Assembly: GCA_017994815.1 (NCBI GenBank)
Contig: JAGOJY010000008.1
Location: forward strand, 44,449 to 108,448
DNA length: 64,000 bases
Reading direction: 5' to 3'
Origin: Acidobacteriota bacterium
GTDB lineage: Bacteria > Acidobacteriota > Polarisedimenticolia > J045
In this document: positions 42,580 to 52,323 of the stretch, piece by piece
Numbering within the stretch: position 1 is the stretch's first letter
Layout: each line of letters begins with the position of its first letter
Program-made: the position numbers and the translations under genes
The notes under the pieces: model-generated
What the model saw: only the letters and a program-made list of their open reading frames with translations
Told to the model about the DNA's origin: nothing
The model's database searches: none

Positions 42580-43841
42580 ACCGGCTCCTCCTTCTCCCGG
42601 CGCTCGCCCAGCCGGGGGTGCACGTCGATCGCGGGGAGTTCGGCCACCGGGCGCTGCGCGCCGGCCGGGGCTTCCAGTTCCTCGAGCCGGCGCGCCGCCG
42701 GGACCACGCGCGATTCGTAGCTGCCGACGGCCTGGTTGAACGACTCGACCGCGGTCCTGAGGCCGCGCCCCATCCGCTCCAGGTGCTCGCTGAACACCGC
42801 CACGCGGGCCTGGAAATCGCGCGCGTGCTCCCAGACCCGCTGCGCGTCCTGCGCCAGCCGCGATTGCTGCCAGTACAGCGCCACGGTCCGCAGCAACGCC
42901 ACCAGCGTCACGGGCGTGGCGATCAAGACGCGCTTCTCGATCGCCTCGGCCTGGATCGACGGATCGGCCTCGAACGCGGCCGAGAGCACCGGCTCGGCCG
43001 GGACGAACATCACCGTCATGTCCAGCCCCACGCCGACCTGCGAGGCGTACGCGCGGGCTTCGAGCCGGCGCACGTGCCCGCGCAGGTCCGTGGCGTGCTT
43101 CTGCAGCTCGGCGGTGCGCGCGCCCGGGTCCTCGCACTCCAGGGCCCGCATGTAGGCGTCCATCGGGACCTTGGCGTCCACAGGGATGCGGCCGCCCCCG
43201 GGCAGGTTGATCAGCATGTCGGGGCGCGCCCCGGCCTCGCCGACCGTCTCCTGCTCGCTGAAATCGCAGTGGCGCGTCATCCCGGCCAGCTCGACGACGT
43301 TCCGCAGCGCCAGCTCGCCCCAGCGGCCGCGGGCCCGCGCGTCGCCGCGCAGCGCACCGACCAGCGAGCGGCTCTGCTGGCCCAGCGACTCGGTCGCCTG
43401 GTGCAGCGCCTGGAGTTGCTGCTGCAGCGCGCCGTACGCCAGCTCGCGCTTGCCCTCCAGCTCGTGGGTGTTGCGCTCGAGCTTGTCCAGGGTTTCCTTG
43501 AACGGCTTGAGCAGCTCGTCGATCGCGCGCCGGCGCTGCTCGAGGCTCTCCGAGGCCTGCGCGAGGAACTGCTGGCTGTTCACGGCCAGCGCGTCCTGCG
43601 ACAGCTTGGCGAACGCCTCGCGCAGCTCCTGGCGCGCCTGTTCCTCGGTCCGGCGGTGCTCGTCGGCCGACGCCTTCCACGCCTGGTGCGCGGCGGTCGT
43701 CGCGTCGAGCTGCCGCCGGGCGTCGGCCAACTCGGCCTGCAGCCCCTCCAGGCGCGGCGCCGCCTGGTGCCGGGCCCACAGCACCCCCGCCAGCGCCCCG
43801 GCGATCAGCGCCAGCAGCACGAAGATCGCCAACTCGGTCAT
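42576..43841 (-). CDS. rmuC: DNA recombination protein RmuC
   Basis: Track ORF, 421 aa. N-terminal TM helix, a long coiled coil, then an RmuC nuclease-like core (GRWGELALRNVVELAGM, PDMLINLPGGGRIPVDAK, MFVPAEPV). Confidence 0.85.
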   Translation of the reverse strand: MTELAIFVLLALIAGALAGVLWARHQAAPRLEGLQAELADARRQLDATTAAHQAWKASADEHRRTEEQARQELREAFAKLSQDALAVNSQQFLAQASESLEQRRRAIDELLKPFKETLDKLERNTHELEGKRELAYGALQQQLQALHQATESLGQQSRSLVGALRGDARARGRWGELALRNVVELAGMTRHCDFSEQETVGEAGARPDMLINLPGGGRIPVDAKVPMDAYMRALECEDPGARTAELQKHATDLRGHVRRLEARAYASQVGVGLDMTVMFVPAEPVLSAAFEADPSIQAEAIEKRVLIATPVTLVALLRTVALYWQQSRLAQDAQRVWEHARDFQARVAVFSEHLERMGRGLRTAVESFNQAVGSYESRVVPAARRLEELEAPAGAQRPVAELPAIDVHPRLGERREKEEPV

Positions 43842-46786
43842 GCCGGAAGCCTCCGCGCCTGCGCGATCAGCGCCCCGATGATCTCCGCCGCTTCCGCGGC
43901 CCGCCGCTCGATCTTACGCCCGAGCGAGGCGCCGTCGGGGTACCCCAACAGGCGCGCCGGCGCGTCCAGGTACTCGCGCTCCACGGCGCTGGTCGCCGCC
44001 ACCGACACCCGGTACGCGGCCCGGACCGAGGCCAGGAAGGCGTCGGTCCGCCGCAGCGCGAGGTGCTCGTCGGCGTGGTCCGGTTCGCGCTCGGCCAGCG
44101 CGCCGAACACGTCCGCGTTCTGCGGGATCCGCACCCCGGCCCGCGCGCAGCAGGCGCCGACGTAGAGGTCGATCTCGCGGAACCCGCCGGGCATCTCCTT
44201 CATCTGCAGGAAGCCCTCGCCCGCTGCCGGCTCGGCGCGGCGCTCGCGCAGTTCCTGCCACAGCCGGGTCCCGAACGGTACGCCGCGGCCGAAGACGAAC
44301 GGCCCGAGGACCCGCTCGTCGAGCGCCGCCTCCACGTGGTGGCCGCCGAGCAGGAGCCGCGAGCACAGGAGCTGGTGGCGTTCGACGAACAGGTCCAGCC
44401 GCGGGTCGGTCCCGAGCAGCTCCTCCAGTTCGCCGATCGTGGTCACGAAGCGGCCGAAGATCGACGCGAACCGGTACTGCGTGATCATCCCGCGGTGCGC
44501 CATCTGGTGGTTCATCACGACGACCGCGCGCTCGGCGAGCCGGCGGTCCTCGGCGTCCTCCGAGTCGGTCAGGACCAAAAGGTCGAAGTCCTCGACGAAC
44601 GGCCGGCGCCGGGCCTGCCCCCCGGTGACGTAGAGCGCCAGCCGCTCGCGGTGGACGAGCCGCGTCCCCGACTCGCGCTCCACCTGCCTCAGACAGGTGT
44701 CGAACAGCGTCACCAGGTAGTTGTCGACCAGGTCGGCGTACTCGGTCTGCACCAGCGTCGTCGGCGCGCCGCGCAGCGCCTCCAGCGACACGCGCAGGAA
44801 CTCCAGGTCGTAGAAATCCCCGAGCAGCCGCTTCTGCTCGTTCACGTCGGGATGGCGCTCGCCCGCCGCGAGCCGGCCGCGCGCGAGGACCCGCATCGTG
44901 GCGTCATCGGCCAGCGCCAGCACCGAGGCCGGGTGGCGGTCCGTGACCCGGGCCAAGACGCGCTTGACGTACCGGCTGGTCTCCTGGTGGATGCGGATGA
45001 AGTCGTCGAACTTGTCGCGCGCCGCCGCGACCTCGGGGTTGCCGATCGGCACCGCGAGCGCGCCGCGCAGCCGCGCCAGCCCCTCGCGGTCGAGCGCGAG
45101 CAGGAACCGGTTGACCAGCGCCGGGTAGAAGCGGAACACCCGCGAGAGCGCGCGCACGTCCTCCGGCTGCGGCCCGAGCTGGTCGAGGAAGGCCCGCGTG
45201 ATCTCGACACCGGGCTCGACACCGTTCGCCGCCCGTGGCGCGCGCCGCGCGATCAGCACCAAGATCGAGAGCAGCGAGTACGGCGCGTCGCGGCCCCAGC
45301 CGGCCAGCCGCTGCGCGAGCGCGGCGCGCTCGTCCGCCGGAAGGCCGGCGAAGCTCTCGACGAGCCCCGCCAGGAGCGCGCCGTCGGGCGCCGCGAGCGC
45401 CTCCAGGAGATCGTCCCAGAAGCGCGCCCCGCGGAACGCCAGCGTCAAGTCGGCGACCTGGACCGCGGCGTCGGCCGGCAGGCGCTCCGGCAGCGGCCCG
45501 CGCGTCCAACGCGACAGGTGGCTCGTCTCCGCCAGGTGCCGGGCGATCTCCTGCATCAGCGGCAGCGCGGCCTCGCGGGCCGCCTCGACCGCCTCGTGGT
45601 AGTGCACCAAAAGGTGTTCGACCGGGCGCACCGGGCCCCGCGCGCCGTACCCCATCGCCGCCGCGACCCGCTCGAGGTTGTGGACGTGCTCGGGCGAGCC
45701 GAGCTCGACCTCGTCCTCCTGCGCGATCAACAGGTGCGCGAGGTGGTGGAACGTCTCGAGGAACACGTGGCTCGAGGCCAGCCGCGCCACCGTCGGCCGC
45801 AGGGCCGGGCGCAGCTGGCCGATCCGCCGCAACAGGACCTCGGAGCGCGCGGACGCCAGGCCGTCGGTCGTCTTGAACGACAGGACCAGCCCGAGGATCA
45901 GCCGCAGCGCGTCTTCCTTGGGGTTGATCGAGGTCGCCGGCAGCGGCCGCAGCAACAGCGAGCGGATCTCGCCCAAAACGCCCCGCAGGTAGTACTCGTG
46001 CCGGCTGTTGTCCTGCCCGGGACGGAAGTAGAACCGCGAGATCACTTCCTGCCGCAGCCGGCGGTGCAGCAGCGGCGTGCCCGCCAGCGGTTCGGCGCGC
46101 AAAAGCTCGGAGACCACGACGAAGTCGAGCGGGCCCTCGTGCAGCGCCCGCGCCAGCTCCCCGGGGCTCGTCGCCACGCCCTGCGCACCCACGCGCGCCG
46201 CGAGGTAGTGGTCGAGGGCGCTGGCGTAGCGCAGCATCTGCACCGAGAGCCGCGCGAAGATCCGGTTGATCGCCTCGCGCCCGGCGCCGCCCTCGTCCAC
46301 GACCGCGACGTCGATGTCGTCCTGGTGGCCGCGGCTGCCGACCGCGCACAGGACGAAGCGGTCGGGCAGCCCGCTCGGGACCAGAACGCGCAGCACGCGG
46401 CGGATGTAGGTCGAGGCGAGGGTGGTGAACTCCTGGTCGGAGCGGTCGAGGAACTCCCGGAACGCGGCGTCACGGTCCCGCCGCTCGGCCAGGTCGAATG
46501 CCAGCCGCTCCAGCAAGCGCCCGTTGAGGTGCACGAACTGCACCGCGTAGTAGGTGCCGAGCAGCCGCAGCGTCTCGGCGTCGTCGCGCGCGGACGACGC
46601 GACGTGGTCGAAGGCCTCGGCCAGCGAGGGCGCGGTGCGGTCGATCGGGACCCGCGTCAACAGCCCGGTCGCGTCCAGCCGCGCGAGCAGCAACTCGCCG
46701 TGCTGTTCGATGGCGCGGGTGAACTTGGCGGCGTAGCTGCCAAGCGGCTCGGCGCGCGCGAAGACGCGGCGGAATGGCCTCCCCAT
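43838..46786 (-). CDS. GlnE/GlnD-family protein with two nucleotidyltransferase domains
   Basis: Track ORF, 982 aa. NTase motifs AVGSRGHQDDIDVAVV and VTGGQARRRPFVEDFDLLVL, each followed by a helical region. MKEMPGGFREIDLYV resembles the GlnE/GlnD KxGxGGxR[DE]I motif. The stop overlaps the rmuC start. Confidence 0.7.
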   Translation of the reverse strand: MGRPFRRVFARAEPLGSYAAKFTRAIEQHGELLLARLDATGLLTRVPIDRTAPSLAEAFDHVASSARDDAETLRLLGTYYAVQFVHLNGRLLERLAFDLAERRDRDAAFREFLDRSDQEFTTLASTYIRRVLRVLVPSGLPDRFVLCAVGSRGHQDDIDVAVVDEGGAGREAINRIFARLSVQMLRYASALDHYLAARVGAQGVATSPGELARALHEGPLDFVVVSELLRAEPLAGTPLLHRRLRQEVISRFYFRPGQDNSRHEYYLRGVLGEIRSLLLRPLPATSINPKEDALRLILGLVLSFKTTDGLASARSEVLLRRIGQLRPALRPTVARLASSHVFLETFHHLAHLLIAQEDEVELGSPEHVHNLERVAAAMGYGARGPVRPVEHLLVHYHEAVEAAREAALPLMQEIARHLAETSHLSRWTRGPLPERLPADAAVQVADLTLAFRGARFWDDLLEALAAPDGALLAGLVESFAGLPADERAALAQRLAGWGRDAPYSLLSILVLIARRAPRAANGVEPGVEITRAFLDQLGPQPEDVRALSRVFRFYPALVNRFLLALDREGLARLRGALAVPIGNPEVAAARDKFDDFIRIHQETSRYVKRVLARVTDRHPASVLALADDATMRVLARGRLAAGERHPDVNEQKRLLGDFYDLEFLRVSLEALRGAPTTLVQTEYADLVDNYLVTLFDTCLRQVERESGTRLVHRERLALYVTGGQARRRPFVEDFDLLVLTDSEDAEDRRLAERAVVVMNHQMAHRGMITQYRFASIFGRFVTTIGELEELLGTDPRLDLFVERHQLLCSRLLLGGHHVEAALDERVLGPFVFGRGVPFGTRLWQELRERRAEPAAGEGFLQMKEMPGGFREIDLYVGACCARAGVRIPQNADVFGALAEREPDHADEHLALRRTDAFLASVRAAYRVSVAATSAVEREYLDAPARLLGYPDGASLGRKIERRAAEAAEIIGALIAQARRLPA

Positions 46787-46802
46787 CTCCGCGCGGACCG
46801 GC

Positions 46803-47360
46803 CTACGGGGCAGTGACCTGGGCCTGCTCGGCGGCCGAGAGCCCGAGGCGGAACGCGTTGCGGTTCAGCTCCTCGGTCCCGCGCGGGACGCGCGCCAGGA
46901 TCGCCTGTTCGGCCGACTCCTCGCTGACCACCTTGGACAGCCGCACCACGACGCCCAGCGCGACGATGTTGGCCACGATCGCCTTGCCCAGCTGTTCGCG
47001 CGCCATGCGCACGAACGGCAGGGCGACGACCTTCCAGCCGCTCTCCGGCAGCCGGGTGACCGCGTCGGCATCGACCACCAGCCAGCCGCCGGCCTTGAGG
47101 TCCTTGTGGTACTTGTCGAAGGACTCCTGCGTGAGCGCCAGCAACAGGTCGAGGTTCTCGGCCTTCGGGTAGTCGATCTCGCCGTCCGAGATGATCACCT
47201 CGGACTTGCTCGCGCCGCCGCGCGCCTCGGGACCGTAGGACTGGCTCTGCGTGGCGTTCATGTCGTGGTAGATCGCCGCCGCCTCGGCCAGGATCTTCCC
47301 CGCGAGGACCAGCCCCTGGCCCCCTTCACCGCTCAGGCGCAGCTCGTACCGATAGCTCAT
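46803..47360 (-). CDS. 2-oxoacid:ferredoxin oxidoreductase gamma subunit
   Basis: Track ORF, 185 aa. Motifs GEGGQGLVLAGKILA and YGPEARGG. Confidence 0.85.
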   Translation of the reverse strand: MSYRYELRLSGEGGQGLVLAGKILAEAAAIYHDMNATQSQSYGPEARGGASKSEVIISDGEIDYPKAENLDLLLALTQESFDKYHKDLKAGGWLVVDADAVTRLPESGWKVVALPFVRMAREQLGKAIVANIVALGVVVRLSKVVSEESAEQAILARVPRGTEELNRNAFRLGLSAAEQAQVTAP

Positions 47361-47373
47361 GTCGCTTCCACCC

Positions 47374-48189
47374 CTACGCTTTGCTCTGCAGGCGCTGGGC
47401 CAGCTTCGCGTACTGCTCCGTGTATTCCGGGCGCTCGACGTCGGCGAGCACGCCCGTGATGATCGCGTCCTCGCGCTCCTCCGGCGACAGCTGCTCGGCG
47501 CGCGCCTTGGAGAACGAGTGCTCCTTGAGGAAGTGCGTCATCTCCAGCCCGTCGCCGGCCTTGTTCCGCCGCCCGTAGGTCGTGGGGCAGGGGGTCATCA
47601 CCTCGACCAGCGAGAAGCCCTTCTTGCGGATCGCCTTCTCGATGACCTTGTCCAGCACGAGCGGCTTGGCCACGGTCTCGCGGGCGACGAACGAGGCGCC
47701 GGCCGCGACCGCCAGGGCCGAGATGTCGAAGTTCGGCTCGATGTTGCCGAACGGGGCGGTCGAACCCTTGTCGCCGGTCGGCGTGGCCGGCGAGACCTGG
47801 CCGCCGGTCATGCCGTAGATCCAGTTGTTGTACAAGAGCACGGTGATGTCGATGTTGCGCCGCGCGGCGTGGATGAAGTGGTTGCCGCCGATCGCCGTCG
47901 CGTCGCCGTCCCCGGTGACCACGATCACCGTCAGCTCGGGGCGGGACAGCTTCACGCCGGTGGCGAAGGTGATCGCGCGCCCGTGGGTGGTGTGCAGCGT
48001 GTTCACATCGACGTATCCCGGCGTGCGCGAGGAGCAGCCGATCCCCGAGACCATGCAGATCTCGTCCTGGGACAGGCCGATCCGGTCGATCGCGCGCAGG
48101 ATCGCCTTGAGCACGATCCCGTCGCCGCAGCCCGGGCAGAAGATCAGCGGGAACTTGTCCAGCCTGAGGTACTGTTCGTAAACGCTCAT
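47374..48189 (-). CDS. 2-oxoacid:ferredoxin oxidoreductase beta subunit (TPP-binding)
   Basis: Track ORF, 271 aa. Motifs FCPGCGDG, GIGCSSR and GDGDATAIGGNHF. Confidence 0.9.
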   Translation of the reverse strand: MSVYEQYLRLDKFPLIFCPGCGDGIVLKAILRAIDRIGLSQDEICMVSGIGCSSRTPGYVDVNTLHTTHGRAITFATGVKLSRPELTVIVVTGDGDATAIGGNHFIHAARRNIDITVLLYNNWIYGMTGGQVSPATPTGDKGSTAPFGNIEPNFDISALAVAAGASFVARETVAKPLVLDKVIEKAIRKKGFSLVEVMTPCPTTYGRRNKAGDGLEMTHFLKEHSFSKARAEQLSPEEREDAIITGVLADVERPEYTEQYAKLAQRLQSKA

Positions 48190-48196
48190 GCTCGCC

Positions 48197-49351
48197 TCAC
48201 AGCCCGCGCGCGCGGTCGATCAGTTCCGAGACCTGGCGCGGGCTGACCGGTTGTCCGTCGACCCGGCCGAACGGCACGACGGGGCAGGCGCCGCGCGCGG
48301 CCCACTCGACCTCGTGCGCGATCATGCCGAGGTTCATCTCCGGGACCGCGATCGCCCGCACGCGCCGGGCGAGGTCGCGCACCTCGCGGTCGGGGAACGG
48401 CCACAGCGTGCGCGGCCGCAGCAGCCCGGCGCGCACGCCGCGCTCGCGCGCCTCGCGCACCGCCTGGTTCGCCGCCCGCGCCACCGAACCGTAGGCGAAG
48501 ACGACGATCTCTGCGTCGTCGCAGTGCTCCTCGGCCACGTCCACGATGTCGTCGCGGTGCAACTCGATCTTGTCCACCAGCCGCCGGTTCAGCTTGTCGA
48601 TCTCGACCGGGTTGTTGGTCGGGAACCCGGTCTCGTCGTGGGCCAGGCCGGTGACGTGGAAGCGGTACCCGTCGCGGCCGTAGATCGCCATCGGCGGGAC
48701 CTTGTCCGGGGTGTGGCGGAACGGCTTGTACGTCGCCGGGGGGACGTCGGGCCCCTTGCGGTCGATGATCTCGACCTTCTCGGGCAGCCGCACCTTCTCG
48801 TTGACGTGGCCGATGATCTCGTCCAGCAGGAGGATCACCGGCACGCGGTACTTCTCCGACAGGTTGAACGAGCGCACGGTGAGCTCGAACGTCTCGGCCA
48901 CCGAGTGCGGCGTCAGCGCGATGATCGGGTGGTCGCCGTGCGTGCCCCAGCGGGCCTGCATCACGTCGCCCTGCGCCGGCATCGTCGGCAGCCCGGTGCT
49001 CGGGCCGCCGCGCTGGACGTTGACGACCACGCACGGCACCTCGGCCATGCAGGCGAAGCCGATGTTCTCCTGCTTCAGCGAGAAGCCGGGGCCGCTGGTC
49101 GCCGTCATCGACTTGGAGCCGGCCAGCGAGGCGCCGATGATCGCGCCCATGGCGGCGATCTCGTCCTCCATCTGGATGAACGCGCCGCCGGCCTTCGGCA
49201 GCTTCACCGCCAGTTCCTCGGCGATCTCCGAGGAAGGCGTGATCGGGTAGCCGGCGAAGAACCGCAGCCCCGCGGCCATCGCGCCCGCGGCGCAGGCCTC
49301 GTTGCCCGACATGACGTGGACGGTGCCCTTCTTCCCCTCGGCCACGGTCAT
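48197..49351 (-). CDS. 2-oxoacid:ferredoxin oxidoreductase alpha subunit
   Basis: This is the C-terminal 384 aa of composite track ORF 48197..52279, starting at MTVAEGKKGTVHVMSGNEA (GGAGGAAGG upstream). Contains GYPITPSSEI. Confidence 0.9.
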   Translation of the reverse strand: MTVAEGKKGTVHVMSGNEACAAGAMAAGLRFFAGYPITPSSEIAEELAVKLPKAGGAFIQMEDEIAAMGAIIGASLAGSKSMTATSGPGFSLKQENIGFACMAEVPCVVVNVQRGGPSTGLPTMPAQGDVMQARWGTHGDHPIIALTPHSVAETFELTVRSFNLSEKYRVPVILLLDEIIGHVNEKVRLPEKVEIIDRKGPDVPPATYKPFRHTPDKVPPMAIYGRDGYRFHVTGLAHDETGFPTNNPVEIDKLNRRLVDKIELHRDDIVDVAEEHCDDAEIVVFAYGSVARAANQAVREARERGVRAGLLRPRTLWPFPDREVRDLARRVRAIAVPEMNLGMIAHEVEWAARGACPVVPFGRVDGQPVSPRQVSELIDRARGL

Positions 49352-49626
49352 CGCCCTTCCTCCGGCGGCTCGGCCTTGTCCTTGACCTCGATCGCGAAGT
49401 CCGGACAGATCGCCTCGCACTGGAGGCAGCGCGTGCACTTCTCCGCGGCGACGACGCTCGGCAGCACGCCGTCCATCTTGAGCACGCCTCGGTTGCAGTA
49501 GTCGACGCACAGCCCGCAGCCCTTGCACCACGAGACCTTGACCACGATCTCCGGGATCGGCTTCGGCCTGGGGCCGGGGGAGGGCGCGGAGCCCGCGCCG
49601 GACGGCATCGTATCGGGTTCGGCCAT
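49348..49626 (-). CDS. 4Fe-4S dicluster ferredoxin (delta) subunit of the oxidoreductase
   Basis: Track ORF 49348..49971, with the start taken at MAEPDTMPSG. Motifs CKGCGLCVDYC and CTRCLQCEAICP. The stop overlaps the alpha-subunit start. The gene order delta-alpha-beta-gamma resembles oorDABC, but substrate specificity cannot be read from the sequence. Confidence 0.8.
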   Translation of the reverse strand: MAEPDTMPSGAGSAPSPGPRPKPIPEIVVKVSWCKGCGLCVDYCNRGVLKMDGVLPSVVAAEKCTRCLQCEAICPDFAIEVKDKAEPPEEGR

Positions 49627-49849
49627 GTGGCAGTCCAGTGGGAAAGTGGGGCAACCAACCGCCAGCACCGTACCGGCGGCCGCTGGTTTGCACGGGGTGG
49701 TACGGCGGAGAATAACACGGTTGTACGTCGCGCCCAAGCAGTCCGGTAACCGCTTGTTGCAGCTTGGTTTGCCGCCGGGGGGAATACCCGCTCGCCGGCC
49801 GCGGGTAACAGCCGGCCGGATCGGGTAACCTCGGCTCGCGGAGGATCCG

Positions 49850-50959
49850 ATGCCCACGACCCTGACAGCCCCCGAACTCGTGACCTTGGTTCGGCGCGTG
49901 TTCCAGCCGGGACCGGAGGACCTCGGGTTGGCCATTCTCGTCGACCTGCCCGACGAGCACCTGCCCGACAATCCCGGCTGGGCTGCCCGCCGGGAAATGG
50001 CCGCCGACTGGGCCCGGAAGCTGGCCGGGGCGCGCGGCGAGCTGGGCCTGCAGCAGGTCAGCCTGGTCCGCTACCCCAACGTGCGCCGCAACAACGCCGA
50101 CCTGCCGCCGGCGGCCACGATCGAAGGCAGCGCGGGCGAGGTCCCGTTCGACCGCATCTTCTCGACGCACACGATCCTCATCGCGCCGACGGAGCTGTCG
50201 CCCACGGCCCCGCTGAAGCTCAACGCGAAGAAGTACGGCTTCCGCGCGGCGACGATGCCCGGCTTCAGCGCGGCGATGATCCCGGCGCTGCGGCTCGACT
50301 ACATGGACATCAACTCCAAGTGCCGCGCGCTCAAGGACCTTTTGGACGAGGCCGAGGCGGCGCGGCTCCTGTTCGAGGCCGACGGGCGCGTGCGCGAGCT
50401 CGAGATCGACCTGCGCCACCGCACCTCGACCGCGAGCGGCGGGCTGTTCCCGGAGCCCGGCGTCGCGGGCAACCTGCCGTCGGGCGAGACCTACATCGTC
50501 CCGTACGAGGGCGAGCGCGACGGCGATCCGAGCCGGACCGCGGGGGAGATGCCGCTGCAGCTCGGCGGCGAGATCCTCGTGTACCGGCTCGAGCGCAACC
50601 GCGTGGTGGACGTGCTCGGCGACGGTCCGGTGGCCGAATCCGAGCGCCGCGAGATCCGCGACGAGCCGGCGTACGCCAACCTGGCCGAGCTGGGCCTCGG
50701 TGTGCTGAGCGGCTACGGCATCCAACCGATCGGCGAGCTGCTCTTGGACGAGAAGCTCGGCCTGCACCTCGCCTTCGGTCGCAGCGACCACTTCGGCGGG
50801 CAGGTCGGCGCCAAGGACTTCAGCTCGCCGGCGAAGGTCGTGCACATCGACCGCGTGTACATCCGCGAGGTCCAGCCCGCGATCGGCGTCCTTTCCGTGG
50901 ACCTGGTGCTGGGCGGGGGGGCGATCCGCCCGTTGATGCGCAACGGCCAGTACGTGTGA
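49850..50959 (+). CDS. M29-family aminopeptidase (AmpS/AmpT-like)
   Basis: Track ORF, 369 aa. Motifs GNLPSGETYIVP, LHLAFGRSDH and VHIDRVY. Confidence 0.7.
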   Translation: MPTTLTAPELVTLVRRVFQPGPEDLGLAILVDLPDEHLPDNPGWAARREMAADWARKLAGARGELGLQQVSLVRYPNVRRNNADLPPAATIEGSAGEVPFDRIFSTHTILIAPTELSPTAPLKLNAKKYGFRAATMPGFSAAMIPALRLDYMDINSKCRALKDLLDEAEAARLLFEADGRVRELEIDLRHRTSTASGGLFPEPGVAGNLPSGETYIVPYEGERDGDPSRTAGEMPLQLGGEILVYRLERNRVVDVLGDGPVAESERREIRDEPAYANLAELGLGVLSGYGIQPIGELLLDEKLGLHLAFGRSDHFGGQVGAKDFSSPAKVVHIDRVYIREVQPAIGVLSVDLVLGGGAIRPLMRNGQYV

Positions 50960-50983
50960 GGCAACTGCCGAGGAGGAACGGCC

Positions 50984-51286
50984 ATGGCGGTTTTCATCCT
51001 GCTGTCGCGGCTCGGGGCGGAGTCGATGGAGGACGCGCGCGTGCGGCGCGTCGTGGGCAAGGAGTGGCTGGACAAGGTGAACCAGGCCTGCCCCGGCGTG
51101 AAGTGGCTCGCGCACTACGCCATCCTCGGCCGCTACGACTTCATGGACATCTTCGAGGCGCCCGACGGCGAGACGGCGCAGAAGGTCTCCCTGATCTCGC
51201 GGGCCGAGGGGGCGATGCACGTCGAGACCTGGCAGGCGACGCCCTACGCGGACTTCCTCAAGCTCCTCGAGCAGGTCGAGCCGTAA
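50984..51286 (+). CDS. GYD-domain protein
   Basis: Track ORF, 100 aa. Contains YAILGRYDFMDIFEAPDGETA. Confidence 0.75.
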   Translation: MAVFILLSRLGAESMEDARVRRVVGKEWLDKVNQACPGVKWLAHYAILGRYDFMDIFEAPDGETAQKVSLISRAEGAMHVETWQATPYADFLKLLEQVEP

Positions 51287-51349
51287 GACGGAGGTCGCGC
51301 CGGGCAGCGCGGCGGTGCTACCGTACCGCCCCCGTGAGAGCGCTGCCCG

Positions 51350-52234
51350 ATGCCCCTTCTCGGTGAGGTCCTGTCCCTCGCCGCGGCCCTGACCTGGGCG
51401 ATCGCGGTGATCCTCTTCAAGCGCGTCGGCGACGAGGTGTCCGCGCCGGCGCTCAACCTGTTCAAGAACACGATCGCGGTGGTCGCGATCGCGCTGGTGC
51501 TCCCGTTCGCCGGGACCGAGATCATCCCCGACCGGCCGTTCCGCGAGTGGGCGCTCCTGGCCGCGTCCGGCGTCGTCGGCATCGCGATCGCCGACACGCT
51601 GTTCTTCCTCGCCTTGGCCCGCATCGGCGCGGGGCTGCTGGCGATCGTGGACGCGTTCTACTCGCCGAGCGTGCTCCTCTTCTCGCACGCGCTGATCGGC
51701 GAGCGCGTCGGCACGCAGGTCTTCGTCGGCGGCGCGCTGGTCGTCAGCGCGATCGCGGTCGGCTCGGCCGACCCGCCGCCGCAGGGGCGCACGCGCCGGG
51801 ACCTCGCGGTCGGGGTGACCTACGGCGCGCTCGCCGTGATCCTGATGGCGATCGGGATCGTCGCGGTCAAGAACCTGCTGGAGACGATGCCGGTTTTGTG
51901 GGCCGCCGAGGTCCGCCTCGTGTTCGCGGGGCTCGGCCTGCTGCCGTTGCTCTTCGTGCGCTCGATCCGCCGCGACTCGGCGAAGCTGCTCCGGCCCGGC
52001 GGGCTCCTGTGGGCCGCCTTGCCGGCGGGCCTCTTGGGCGGGTTCGTGTCGATGGTCTTCTGGATCGGCGGGATGAAGTACACGCTGGCGTCGGTCTCGG
52101 CGATCCTGAACCAACTGACGACGATCTTCATCGTCCTCCTGGCGGCCGCGTTCCTCCGCGATAGGCTGACGCCCCGCCGCGTGGTCGCGGTCATCATCGC
52201 CACCATCGGCGCCGTCCTCGTCGTCCTTCGCTGA
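51350..52234 (+). CDS. EamA/DMT-family transporter
   Basis: Track ORF, 294 aa. About ten TM helices arranged as two EamA-like halves. Confidence 0.8.
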   Translation: MPLLGEVLSLAAALTWAIAVILFKRVGDEVSAPALNLFKNTIAVVAIALVLPFAGTEIIPDRPFREWALLAASGVVGIAIADTLFFLALARIGAGLLAIVDAFYSPSVLLFSHALIGERVGTQVFVGGALVVSAIAVGSADPPPQGRTRRDLAVGVTYGALAVILMAIGIVAVKNLLETMPVLWAAEVRLVFAGLGLLPLLFVRSIRRDSAKLLRPGGLLWAALPAGLLGGFVSMVFWIGGMKYTLASVSAILNQLTTIFIVLLAAAFLRDRLTPRRVVAVIIATIGAVLVVLR

Positions 52235-52323
52235 AAGACCATGACGGCGACTCGTGCCGTCGCTCATCCCGCGTGCCACCGATGGTGTCTCGTGCCGGGC
52301 CGGCTGCGCCGGCCCCCAGGTCG

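Noticed and set aside
49627-49849. Three GGTAAC-containing motifs and short inverted repeats in the OFOR / M29 divergent region, and GTGAAC...TGAACA...GTTCAC in 27598-27668, considered as operator sites.
   Set aside because: The motifs are 6 nt long, irregularly spaced, and match no regulator consensus that I know. I cannot support them without comparative data.
49352-52279. Upstream 975 codons of the 1360-aa minus-strand track ORF 48197..52279.
   Set aside because: Only the last 384 codons (48197-49351) are the OFOR alpha subunit, which has its own RBS and an ATGA coupling. The rest is antisense to the M29 aminopeptidase, GYD and EamA genes, which have convincing motifs on the plus strand.
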